A DNA stretch of 64,000 nt. Source: Auanema rhodensis (lineage: Eukaryota; Animalia; Nematoda). The notes beneath the pieces were generated by a model. It did not search any database and was not told the origin of the DNA. It saw only the letters and a program-made list of their open reading frames with translations. The first letter of the stretch is position 1, and every line of letters starts with the position of its first letter. The stretch is taken from assembly GCA_964057225.1 (NCBI GenBank), contig OZ059900.1, forward strand, positions 19,778,001 through 19,842,000, written 5' to 3'. The position numbers were made by a program, and so were the translations under genes. Positions 12,309-25,422 of this stretch are shown here, one piece after another.

Positions 12309-15300
12309 AGCATAATAAAATATTTCTCATGGGAAATACTGTGTTTTTGTATTTTTCTAGTGTTCAGCATGTGAAATGCTTCATTTTAGTATGTAACACG
12401 CTGAAATTCGTTGCATTTGACGACTCATATGAACAAAAATCGATTTAATCAATATTAGCCATAAGGGGCGTGCCCTCAGAATATGCTAATTTCCTTAATT
12501 TTCTAACCCCTGTTTTTTTGTCGTGAAAGTGGAAACAGACGTTGTAGGAACAATTTTGAGCTAGGTTTCATTGACATTGCATGAGTTTGAACACATGAAA
12601 TCGTAAGTCAAAACCTTGTTTACAGCGAAATTTCCAAAAACTGGTTTTCCAGCATAATAAAATATTTCTCATGAGAAATACTGTGTTTTTGTATTTTTCT
12701 AGTGTTCAGCATGTAAAATGCTTCATTTTAGTATGTAACACGCTGAAATTCGTTGCATTTGACGACTCATATGAACAAAAATCGATTTAATCAATATTAG
12801 CCATAAGGGGCGTGCCCTCAGAATATGCTAATTTCCTTAATTTTCTAACCCCTGTTTTTTTGTCGTGAAAGTGGAACTAGACGTTGTACAAACAATTTTG
12901 AGCTAGGTTTCATTGACATTGCATGAGTTTGAACACATGAAATCGTAAGTCAAAACCTTGTTTACAGCGAAATTTCCAAAAACTGGTTTTCCAGCATAAT
13001 AAAATATTTCTCATGAGAAATACTGTGTTTTTGTATTTTTCTAGTGTTCAGCATGTAAAATGCTTCATTTTAGTATGTAACACGCTGAAATTCGTTGCAT
13101 TTGACTACTCATATGAACAAAAATCGATTTAATCAATATTAGCCATAAGGGGCGTGCCCTCAGAATATGCTAATTTCCTTAATTTTCTAACCCCTGTTTT
13201 TTTGTCGTGAAAGTGGAACTAGACGTTGTACAAACAATTTTGAGCTAGGTTTCATTGACATTGCATGAGTTTGAACACATGAAATCGTAAGTCAAAACCT
13301 TGTTTACAGCGAAATTTCCAAAAACTGGTTTTCCAGCATAATAAAATATTTCTCATGAGAAATACTGTGTTTTTGTATTTTTCTAGTGTTCAGCATGTAA
13401 AATGCTTCATTTTAGTATGTAACACGATGAAATTCGTTGCATTTGACGACTCATATGAACAAAAATCGATTTAATCAATATTAGCCATAAGGGGCGTGCC
13501 CTCAGAATATGCTAATTTCCTTAATTTTCTAACCCCTGTTTTTTTGTCGTGAAAGTGGAACTAGACGTTGTAGGAACAATTTTGAGCTAGGTTTCATTGA
13601 CATTGCATGAGTTTGAACACATGAAATCGTAAGTCAAAACCTTGTTTACAGCGAAATTTCCAAAAACTGGTTTTCCAGCATAATAAAATATTTCTCATGG
13701 GAAATACTGTGTTTTTGTATTTTTCTAGTGTTCAGCATGTGAAATGCTTCATTTTAGTATGTAACACGCTGAAATTCGTTGCATTTGACGACTCATATGA
13801 ACAAAAATCGATTTAATCAATATTAGCCATAAGGGGCGTGCCCTCAGAATATGCTAATTTCCTTAATTTTCTAACCCCTGTTTTTTTGTCGTGAAAGTGG
13901 AAACAGACGTTGTAGGAACAATTTTGAGCTAGGTTTCATTGACATTGCATGAGTTTGAACACATGAAATCGTAAGTCAAAACCTTGTTTACAGCGAAATT
14001 TCCAAAAACTGGTTTTCCAGCATAATAAAATATTTCTCATGAGAAATACTGTGTTTTTGTATTTTTCTAGTGTTCAGCATGTAAAATGCTTCATTTTAGT
14101 ATGTAACACGATGAAATTCGTTGCATTTGACGACTCATATGAACAAAAATCGATTTAATCAATATTAGCCATAAGGGGCGTGCCCTCAGAATATGCTAAT
14201 TTCATTAATTTTCTAACCCCTGTTTTTTTGTCGTGAAAGTGGAACTAGACGTTGTAGGAACAATTTTGAGCTAGGTTTCATTGACATTGCATGAGTTTGA
14301 ACACATGAAATCGTAAGTCAAAACCTTGTTTACAGCGAAATTTCCAAAAACTGGTTTTCCAGCATAATAAAATATTTCTCATGGGAAATACTGTGTTTTT
14401 GTATTTTTCTAGTGTTCAGCATGTAAAATGCTTCATTTTAGTATGTAACACGCTGAAATTCGTTGCATTTGACGACTCATATGAACAAAAATCGATTTAA
14501 TCAATATTAGCCATAAGGGGCGTGCCCTCAGAATATGCTAATTTCCTTAATTTTCTAACCCCGGTTTTTTTGTCGTGAAAGTGGAATTAGACGTTGTAGG
14601 AACAATTTTGAGCTAGGTTTCATTGACATTGCATGAGTTTGAACACATGAAATCGTAAGTCAAAACCTTGTTTACAGCGAAATTTCCAAAAACTGGTTTT
14701 CCAGCATAATAAAATATTTCTCATGGGAAATACTGTGTTTTTGTATTTTTCTAGTGTTCAGCATGTAAAATGCTTCATTTTAGTATGTAACACGCTGAAA
14801 TTCGTTGCATTTGACTACTCATATGAACAAAAATCGATTTAATCAATATTAGCCATAAGGGGCGTGCCCTCAGAATATGCTAATTTCCTTAATTTTCTAA
14901 CCCCGGTTTTTTTGTCGTGAAAGTGGAACTAGACGTTGTAGGAACAATTTTGAGCTAGGTTTCATTGACATTGCATGAGTTTGAACACATGAAATCGTAA
15001 GTCAAAACCTTGTTTACAGCGAAATTTCCAAAAACTGGTTTTCCAGCATAATAAAATATTTCTCATGGGAAATACTGTGTTTTTGTATTTTTCTAGTGTT
15101 CAGCATGTGGAATGCTTCATTTTAGTATGTAACACGCTGAAATTCGTTGCATTTGACGACTCATATGAACAAAAATCGATTTAATCAATATTAGCCATAA
15201 GGGGCGTGCCCTCAGAATATGCTAATTTCCTTAATTTTCTAACCCCTGTTTTTTTGTCGTGAAAGTGGAACTAGACGTTGTACAAACAATTTTGAGCTAG

Positions 15301-17096
15301 GTTTCATTGACATTGCATGAGTTTGAACACATGAAATCGTAAGTCAAAACCTTGTTTACAGCGAAATTTCCAAAAACTGGTTTTCCAGCATAATAAAATA
15401 TTTCTCATGAGAAATACTGTGTTTTTGTATTTTTCTAGTGTTCAGCATGTAAAATGCTTCATTTTAGTATGTAACACGCTGAAATTCGTTGCATTTGACG
15501 ACTCATATGAACAAAAATCGATTTAATCAATATTAGCCATAAGGGGCGTGCCCTCAGAATATGCTAATTTCCTTAATTTTCTAACCCCGGTTTTTTTGTC
15601 GTGAAAGTGGAATTAGACGTTGTAGGAACAATTTTGAGCTAGGTTTCATTGACATTGCATGAGTTTGAACACATGAAATCGTAAGTCAAAACCTTGTTTA
15701 CAGCGAAATTTCCAAAAACTGGTTTTCCAGCATAATAAAATATTTCTCATGGGAAATACTGTGTTTTTGTATTTTTCTAGTGTTCAGCATGTAAAATGCT
15801 TCATTTTAGTATGTAACACGCTGAAATTCGTTGCATTTGACTACTCATATGAACAAAAATCGATTTAATCAATATTAGCCATAAGGGGCGTGCCCTCAGA
15901 ATATGCTAATTTCCTTAATTTTCTAACCCCGGTTTTTTTGTCGTGAAAGTGGAACTAGACGTTGTAGGAACAATTTTGAGCTAGGTTTCATTGACATTGC
16001 ATGAGTTTGAACACATGAAATCGTAAGTCAAAACCTTGTTTACAGCGAAATTTCCAAAAACTGGTTTTCCAGCATAATAAAATATTTCTCATGAGAAATA
16101 CTGTGTTTTTGTATTTTTCTAGTGTTCAGCATGTAAAATGCTTCATTTTAGTATGTAACACGCTGAAATTCGTTGCATTTGACGACTCATATGAACAAAA
16201 ATCGATTTAATCAATATTAGCCATAAGGGGCGTGCCCTCAGAATATGCTAATTTCCTTAATTTTCTAACCCCGGTTTTTTTGTCGTGAAAGTGGAACTAG
16301 ACGTTGTAGGAACAATTTTGAGCTAGGTTTCATTGACATTGCATGAGTTTGAACACATGAAATCGTAAGTCAAAACCTTGTTTACAGCGAAATTTCCAAA
16401 AACTGGTTTTCCAGCATAATAAAATATTTCTCATGGGAAATACTGTGTTTTTGTATTTTTCTAGTGTTCAGCATGTAAAATGCTTCATTTTAGTATGTAA
16501 CACGCTGAAATTCGTTGCATTTGACTACTCATATGAACAAAAATCGATTTAATCAATATTAGCCATAAGGGGCGTGCCCTCAGAATATGCTAATTTCCTT
16601 AATTTTCTAACCCCTGTTTTTTTGTCGTGAAAGTGGAACTAGACGTTGTAGGAACAATTTTGAGCTAGGTTTCATTGACATTGCATGAGTTTGAACACAT
16701 GAAATCGTAAGTCAAAACCTTGTTTACAGCGAAATTTCCAAAAACTGGTTTTCCAGCATAATAAAATATTTCTCATGGGAAATACTGTGTTTTTGTATTT
16801 TTCTAGTGTTCAGCATGTGAAATGCTTCATTTTAGTATGTAACACGCTGAAATTCGTTGCATTTGACGACTCATATGAACAAAAATCGATTTAATCAATA
16901 TTAGCCATAAGGGGCGTGCCCTCAGAATATGCTAATTTCCTTAATTTTCTAACCCCGGTTTTTTTGTCGTGAAAGTGGAATTAGACGTTGTAGGAACAAT
17001 TTTGAGCTAGGTTTCATTGACATTGCATGAGTTTGAACACATGAAATCGTAAGTCAAAACCTTGTTTACAGCGAAATTTCCAAAAACTGGTTTTCC

Positions 17097-19832
17097 AGCA
17101 TAATAAAATATTTCTCATGGGAAATACTGTGTTTTTGTATTTTTCTAGTGTTCAGCATGTAAAATGCTTCATTTTAGTATGTAACACGCTGAAATTCGTT
17201 GCATTTGACGACTCATATGAACAAAAATCGATTTAATCAATATTAGCCATAAGGGGCGTGCCCTCAGAATATGCTAATTTCCTTAATTTTCTAACCCCTG
17301 TTTTTTTGTCGTGAAAGTGGAACTAGACGTTGTAGGAACAATTTTGAGCTAGGTTTCATTGACATTGCATGAGTTTGAACACATGAAATCGTAAGTCAAA
17401 ACCTTGTTTACAGCGAAATTTCCAAAAACTGGTTTTCCAGCATAATAAAATATTTCTCATGGGAAATACTGTGTTTTTGTATTTTTCTAGTGTTCAGCAT
17501 GTAAAATGCTTCATTTTAGTGTGTAACACGCTGAAATTCGTTGCATTTGACGACTCATATGAACAAAAATCGATTTAATCAATATTAGCCATAAGGGGCG
17601 TGCCCTCAGAATATGCTAATTTCCTTAATTTTCTAACCCCTGTTTTTTTGTCGTGAAAGTGGAACTAGACGTTGTACGAACAATTTTGAGCTAGGTTTCA
17701 TTGACATTGCATGAGTTTGAACACATGAAATCGTAAGTCAAAATCTTGTTTACAGCGAAATTTCCAAAAACTGGTTTTCCAGCATAATAAAATATTTCTC
17801 ATGGGAAATACTGTGTTTTTGTATTTTTCTAGTGTTCAGCATGTAAAATGCTTCATTTCAGTATGTAACACGCTGAAATTCGTTGCATTTGACGACTCAT
17901 ATGAACAAAAATCGATTTAATCAATATTAGCCATAAGGGGCGTGCCCTCAGAATATGCTAATTTCCTTAATTTTCTAACCCCTGTTTTTTTGTCGTGAAA
18001 GTGGAACTAGACGTTGTACGAACAATTTTGAGCTAGGTTTCATTGACATTGCATGAGTTTGAACACATGAAATCGTAAGTCAAAACCTTGTTTACAGCGA
18101 AATTTCCAAAAACTGGTTTTCCAGCATAATAAAATATTTCTCATGGGAAATACTGTGTTTTTGTATTTTTCTAGTGTTCAGCATGTAAAATGCTTCATTT
18201 TAGTATGTAACACGCTGAAATTCGTTGCATTTGACGACTCATATGAACAAAAATCGATTTAATCAATATTAGCCATAAAGGGCGTGCCCTCAGAATATGC
18301 TAATTTCCTTAATTTTCTAACCCCTGTTTTTTTGTCGTGAAAGTGGAACTAGACGTTGTAGGAACAATTTTGAGCTAGGTTTCATTGACATTGCATGAGT
18401 TTGAACACATGAAATCGTAAGTCAAAACCTTGTTTACAGCGAAATTTCCAAAAACTGGTTTTCCAGCATAATAAAATATTTCTCATGGGAAATACTGTGT
18501 TTTTGTATTTTTCTAGTGTTCAGCATGTAAAATGCTTCATTTTAGTATGTAACACGCTGAAATTCGTTGCATTTGACGACTCATATGAACAAAAATCGAT
18601 TTAATCAATATTAGCCATAAGGGGCGTGCCCTCAGAATATGCTAATTTCCTTAATTTTCTAACCCCTGTTTTTTTGTCGTGAAAGTGGAACTAGACGTTG
18701 TAGGAACAATTTTGAGCTAGGTTTCATTGACATTGCATGAGTTTGAACACATGAAATCGTAAGTCAAAACCTTGTTTACAGCGAAATTTCCAAAAACTGG
18801 TTTTCCAGCATAATAAAATATTTCTCATGGGAAATACTGTGTTTTTGTATTTTTCTAGTGTTCAGCATGTAAAATGCTTCATTTTAGTGTGTAACACGCT
18901 GAAATTCGTTGCATTTGACGACTCATATGAACAAAAATCGATTTAATCAATATTAGCCATAAGGGGCGTGCCCTCAGAATATGCTAATTTCCTTAATTTT
19001 CTAACCCCTGTTTTTTTGTCGTGAAAGTGGAACTAGACGTTGTACGAACAATTTTGAGCTAGGTTTCATTGACATTGCATGAGTTTGAACACATGAAATC
19101 GTAAGTCAAAATCTTGTTTACAGCGAAATTTCCAAAAACTGGTTTTCCAGCATAATAAAATATTTCTCATGGGAAATACTGTGTTTTTGTATTTTTCTAG
19201 TGTTCAGCATGTAAAATGCTTCATTTCAGTATGTAACACGCTGAAATTCGTTGCATTTGACGACTCATATGAACAAAAATCGATTTAATCAATATTAGCC
19301 ATAAGGGGCGTGCCCTCAGAATATGCTAATTTCCTTAATTTTCTAACCCCTGTTTTTTTGTCGTGAAAGTGGAACTAGACGTTGTACGAACAATTTTGAG
19401 CTAGGTTTCATTGACATTGCATGAGTTTGAACACATGAAATCGTAAGTCAAAACCTTGTTTACAGCGAAATTTCCAAAAACTGGTTTTCCAGCATAATAA
19501 AATATTTCTCATGGGAAATACTGTGTTTTTGTATTTTTCTAGTGTTCAGCATGTAAAATGCTTCATTTTAGTATGTAACACGCTGAAATTCGTTGCATTT
19601 GACGACTCATATGAACAAAAATCGATTTAATCAATATTAGCCATAAAGGGCGTGCCCTCAGAATATGCTAATTTCCTTAATTTTCTAACCCCTGTTTTTT
19701 TGTCGTGAAAGTGGAACTAGACGTTGTAGGAACAATTTTGAGCTAGGTTTCATTGACATTGCATGAGTTTGAACACATGAAATCGTAAGTCAAAACCTTG
19801 TTTACAGCGAAATTTTCAAAAACTGGTTTTCC
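17097..19832 (+). repeat. 4-monomer (1368 bp) tandem duplication
   Basis: The order consensus / A83G+C306T / T79C / G157A occurs at 17097-18464 and again at 18465-19832. Confidence 0.85.
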
Positions 19833-22800
19833 AGCATAATAAAATATTTCTCATGGGAAATACTGTGTTTTTGTATTTTTCTAGTGTTCAGCATGTAAAA
19901 TGCTTCATTTTAGTGTGTAACACGCTGAAATTCGTTGCATTTGACGACTCATATGAACAAAAATCGATTTAATCAATATTAGCCATAAGGGGCGTGCCCT
20001 CAGAATATGCTAATTTCCTTAATTTTCTAACCCCTGTTTTTTTGTCGTGAAAGTGGAACTAGACGTTGTACGAACAATTTTGAGCTAGGTTTCATTGACA
20101 TTGCATGAGTTTGAACACATGAAATCGTAAGTCAAAATCTTGTTTACAGCGAAATTTCCAAAAACTGGTTTTCCAGCATAATAAAATATTTCTCATGGGA
20201 AATACTGTGTTTTTGTATTTTTCTAGTGTTCAGCATGTAAAATGCTTCATTTTAGTATGTAACACGCTGAAATTCGTTGCATTTGACGACTCATATGAAC
20301 AAAAATCGATTTAATCAATATTAGCCATAAGGGGCGTGCCCTCAGAATATGCTAATTTCCTTAATTTTCTAACCCCTGTTTTTTTGTCGTGAAAGTGGAA
20401 CTAGACGTTGTACGAACAATTTTGAGCTGGGTTTCATTGACATTGCATGAGTTTGAACACATGAAATCGTAAGTCAAAACCTTGTTTACAGCGAAATTTC
20501 CAAAAACTGGTTTTCCAGCATAATAAAATATTTCTCATGGGAAATACTGTGTTTTTGTATTTTTCTAGTGTTCAGCATGTAAAATGCTTCATTTTAGTAT
20601 GTAACACGCTGAAATTCGTTGCATTTGACGACTCATATGAACAAAAATCGATTTAATCAATATTAGCCATAAGGGGCGTGCCCTCAGAATATGCTAATTT
20701 CCTTAATTTTCTAACCCCTGTTTTTTTGTCGTGAAAGTGGAACTAGACATTGTATTAACAATTTTGAGCTAGGTTTCATTGACATTGCATGAGTTTGAAC
20801 ACATGAAATCGTAAGTCAAAACCTTGTTTACAGCGAAATTTCCAAAAACTGGTTTTCCAGCATAATAAAATATTTCTCATGGGAAATACTGTGTTTTTGT
20901 ATTTTTCTAGTGTTCAGCATGTGGAATGCTTCATTTTAGTATGTAACACGCTGAAATTCGTTGCATTTGACGACTCATATGAACAAAAATCGATTTAATC
21001 AATATTAGCCATAAGGGGCGTGCCCTCAGAATATGCTAATTTCCTTAATTTTCTAACCCCTGTTTTTTTGTCGTGAAAGTGGAACTAGACGTTGTACAAA
21101 CAATTTTGAGCTAGGTTTCATTGACATTGCATGAGTTTGAACACATGAAATCGTAAGTCAAAACCTTGTTTACAGCGAAATTTCCAAAAACTGGTTTTCC
21201 AGCATAATAAAATATTTCTCATGAGAAATACTGTGTTTTTGTATTTTTCTAGTGTTCAGCATGTAAAATGCTTCATTTTAGTATGTAACACGCTGAAATT
21301 CGTTGCATTTGACGACTCATATGAACAAAAATCGATTTAATCAATATTAGCCATAAGGGGCGTGCCCTCAGAATATGCTAATTTCCTTAATTTTCTAACC
21401 CCGGTTTTTTTGTCGTGAAAGTGGAATTAGACGTTGTAGGAACAATTTTGAGCTAGGTTTCATTGACATTGCATGAGTTTGAACACATGAAATCGTAAGT
21501 CAAAACCTTGTTTACAGCGAAATTTCCAAAAACTGGTTTTCCAGCATAATAAAATATTTCTCATGGGAAATACTGTGTTTTTGTATTTTTCTAGTGTTCA
21601 GCATGTAAAATGTTTCATTTTAGTATGTAACACGCTGAAATTCGTTGCATTTGACTACTCATATGAACAAAAATCGATTTAATCAATATTAGCCATAAGG
21701 GGCGTGCCCTCAGAATATGCTAATTTCCTTAATTTTCTAACCCCGGTTTTTTTGTCGTGAAAGTGGAACTAGACGTTGTAGGAACAATTTTGAGCTAGGT
21801 TTCATTGACATTGCATGAGTTTGAACACATGAAATCGTAAGTCAAAACCTTGTTTACAGCGAAATTTCCAAAAACTGGTTTTCCAGCATAATAAAATATT
21901 TCTCATGAGAAATACTGTGTTTTTGTATTTTTCTAGTGTTCAGCATGTAAAATGCTTCATTTTAGTATGTAACACGCTGAAATTCGTTGCATTTGACGAC
22001 TCATATGAACAAAAATCGATTTAATCAATATTAGCCATAAGGGGCGTGCCCTCAGAATATGCTAATTTCCTTAATTTTCTAACCCCGGTTTTTTTGTCGT
22101 GAAAGTGGAACTAGACGTTGTAGGAACAATTTTGAGCTAGGTTTCATTGACATTGCATGAGTTTGAACACATGAAATCGTAAGTCAAAACCTTGTTTACA
22201 GCGAAATTTCCAAAAACTGGTTTTCCAGCATAATAAAATATTTCTCATGGGAAATACTGTGTTTTTGTATTTTTCTAGTGTTCAGCATGTAAAATGCTTC
22301 ATTTTAGTATGTAACACGCTGAAATTCGTTGCATTTGACTACTCATATGAACAAAAATCGATTTAATCAATATTAGCCATAAGGGGCGTGCCCTCAGAAT
22401 ATGCTAATTTCCTTAATTTTCTAACCCCTGTTTTTTTGTCGTGAAAGTGGAACTAGACGTTGTAGGAACAATTTTGAGCTAGGTTTCATTGACATTGCAT
22501 GAGTTTGAACACATGAAATCGTAAGTCAAAACCTTGTTTACAGCGAAATTTCCAAAAACTGGTTTTCCAGCATAATAAAATATTTCTCATGGGAAATACT
22601 GTGTTTTTGTATTTTTCTAGTGTTCAGCATGTGAAATGCTTCATTTTAGTATGTAACACGCTGAAATTCGTTGCATTTGACGACTCATATGAACAAAAAT
22701 CGATTTAATCAATATTAGCCATAAGGGGCGTGCCCTCAGAATATGCTAATTTCCTTAATTTTCTAACCCCGGTTTTTTTGTCGTGAAAGTGGAACTAGAC

Positions 22801-24538
22801 GTTGTACGAACAATTTTGAGCTAGGTTTCATTGACATTGCATGAGTTTGAACACATGAAATCGTAAGTCAAAATCTTGTTTACAGCGAAATTTCCAAAAA
22901 CTGGTTTTCCAGCATAATAAAATATTTCTCATGGGAAATACTGTGTTTTTGTATTTTTATAGTGTTCAGCATGTAAAATGCTTCATTTTAGTATGTAACA
23001 CGCTGAAATTCGTTGCATTTGACGACTCATATGAACAAAAATCGATTTAATCAATATTAGCCATAAGGGGCGTGCCCTCAGAATATGCTAATTTCCTTAA
23101 TTTTCTAACCCCTGTTTTTTTGTCGTGAAAGTGGAACTAGACGTTGTACGAACAATTTTGAGCTAGGTTTCATTGACATTGCATGAGTTTGAACACATGA
23201 AATCGTAAGTCAAAACCTTGTTTACAGCGAAATTTCCAAAAACTGGTTTTCCAGCATAATAAAATATTTCTCATGGGAAATACTGTGTTTTTGTATTTTT
23301 CTAGTGTTCAGCATGTAAAATGCTTCATTTTAGTATGTAACACGCTGAAATTCGTTGCATTTGACGACTCATATGAACAAAAATCGATTTAATCAATATT
23401 AGCCATAAAGGGCGTGCCCTCAGAATATGCTAATTTCCTTAATTTTCTAACCCCGGTTTTTTTGTCGTGAAAGTGGAACTAGACGTTGTAGGAACAATTT
23501 TGAGCTAGGTTTCATTGACATTGCATGAGTTTGAACACATGAAATCGTAAGTCAAAACCTTGTTTACAGCGAAATTTTCAAAAACTGGTTTTCCAGCATA
23601 ATAAAATATTTCTCATGGGAAATACTGTGTTTTTGTATTTTTCTAGTGTTCAGCATGTAAAATGCTTCATTTTAGTGTGTAACACGCTGAAATTCGTTGC
23701 ATTTGACGACTCATATGAACAAAAATCGATTTAATCAATATTAGCCATAAGGGGCGTGCCCTCAGAATATGCTAATTTCCTTAATTTTCTAACCCCTGTT
23801 TTTTTGTCGTGAAAGTGGAACTAGACGTTGTACGAACAATTTTGAGCTAGGTTTCATTGACATTGCATGAGTTTGAACACATGAAATCGTAAGTCAAAAT
23901 CTTGTTTACAGCGAAATTTCCAAAAACTGGTTTTCCAGCATAATAAAATATTTCTCATGGGAAATACTGTGTTTTTGTATTTTTCTAGTGTTCAGCATGT
24001 AAAATGCTTCATTTTAGTATGTAACACGCTGAAATTCGTTGCATTTGACGACTCATATGAACAAAAATCGATTTAATCAATATTAGCCATAAGAGGCGTG
24101 CCCTCAGAATATGCTAATTTCCTTAATTTTCTAACCCCTGTTTTTTTGTCGTGAAAGTGGAACTAGACATTGTATTAACAATTTTGAGCTAGGTTTCATT
24201 GACATTGCATGAGTTTGAACACATGAAATCGTAAGTCAAAACCTTGTTTACAGCGAAATTTCCAAAAACTGGTTTTCCAGCATAATAAAATATTTCTCAT
24301 GGGAAATACTGTGTTTTTGTATTTTTCTAGTGTTCAGCATGTGGAATGCTTCATTTTAGTATGTAACACGCTGAAATTCGTTGCATTTGACGACTCATAT
24401 GAACAAAAATCGATTTAATCAATATTAGCCATAAGGGGCGTGCCCTCAGAATATGCTAATTTCCTTAATTTTCTAACCCCTGTTTTTTTGTCGTGAAAGT
24501 GGAACTAGACGTTGTACAAACAATTTTGAGCTAGGTTT

Positions 24539-24738
24539 NNNNNNNNNNNNNNNNNNNNNNNNNNNNNNNNNNNNNNNNNNNNNNNNNNNNNNNNNNNNNN
24601 NNNNNNNNNNNNNNNNNNNNNNNNNNNNNNNNNNNNNNNNNNNNNNNNNNNNNNNNNNNNNNNNNNNNNNNNNNNNNNNNNNNNNNNNNNNNNNNNNNNN
24701 NNNNNNNNNNNNNNNNNNNNNNNNNNNNNNNNNNNNNN
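24539..24738. other. Assembly/scaffolding gap (200 N)
   Basis: Exactly 200 N. The left flank ends at monomer p260 and the right flank starts at p1, so true missing sequence would be 82+342n bp if the array is continuous. 200 is therefore a placeholder length. Confidence 0.98.
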
Positions 24739-25422
24739 AGCATAATAAAATATTTCTCATGGGAAATACTGTGTTTTTGTATTTTTCTAGTGTTCAGCAT
24801 GTAAAATGCTTCATTTTAGTATGTAACACGCTGAAATTCGTTGCATTTGACGAATCATATGAACAAAAATCGATTTAATCAATATTAGCCATAAGGGGCG
24901 TGCCCTCAGAATATGCTAATTTCCTTAATTTTCTAACCCCTGTTTTTTTGTCGTGAAAGTGGAACTAGACGTTGTACGAACAATTTTGAGCTAGGTTTCA
25001 TTGACATTGCATGAGTTTGAACACATGAAATCGTAAGTCAAAACCTTGTTTACAGCGAAATTTCCAAAAACTGGTTTTCCAGCATAATAAAATATTTCTC
25101 ATGGGAAATACTGTGTTTTTGTATTTTTCTAGTGTTCAGCATGTAAAATGCTTCATTTTAGTATGTAACACGCTGAAATTCGTTGCATTTGACGACTCAT
25201 ATGAACAAAAATCGATTTAATCAATATTAGCCATAAGGGGCGTGCCCTCAGAATATGCTAATTTCCTTAGTTTTCTAACCCCTGTTTTTTTGTCGTGAAA
25301 GTGGAACTAGACGTTGTACGAACAATTTTGAGCTAGGTTTCATTGACATTGCATGAGTTTGAACACATGAAATCGTAAGTCAAAACCTTGTTTACAGCGA
25401 AATTTCCAAAAACTGGTTTTCC

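Larger units (their letters stand above)
1..24538 (+). repeat. 342-bp tandem satellite array, left contig (71 full monomers + 260-bp partial)
   Basis: AGCATAATAAAATATTTCTC recurs at 1, 343, 685, 1027 ... 24279 with 342-bp period (341 for monomers at 3421, 6156, 8891, 10942, which lack one T in the p205-211 run). No inversions or non-satellite inserts seen. Confidence 0.99.

Noticed and set aside
24473-24800. Two minus-strand ORFs (95 and 89 aa)
   Set aside because: They are open only because they run through the 200-N gap; artefacts.
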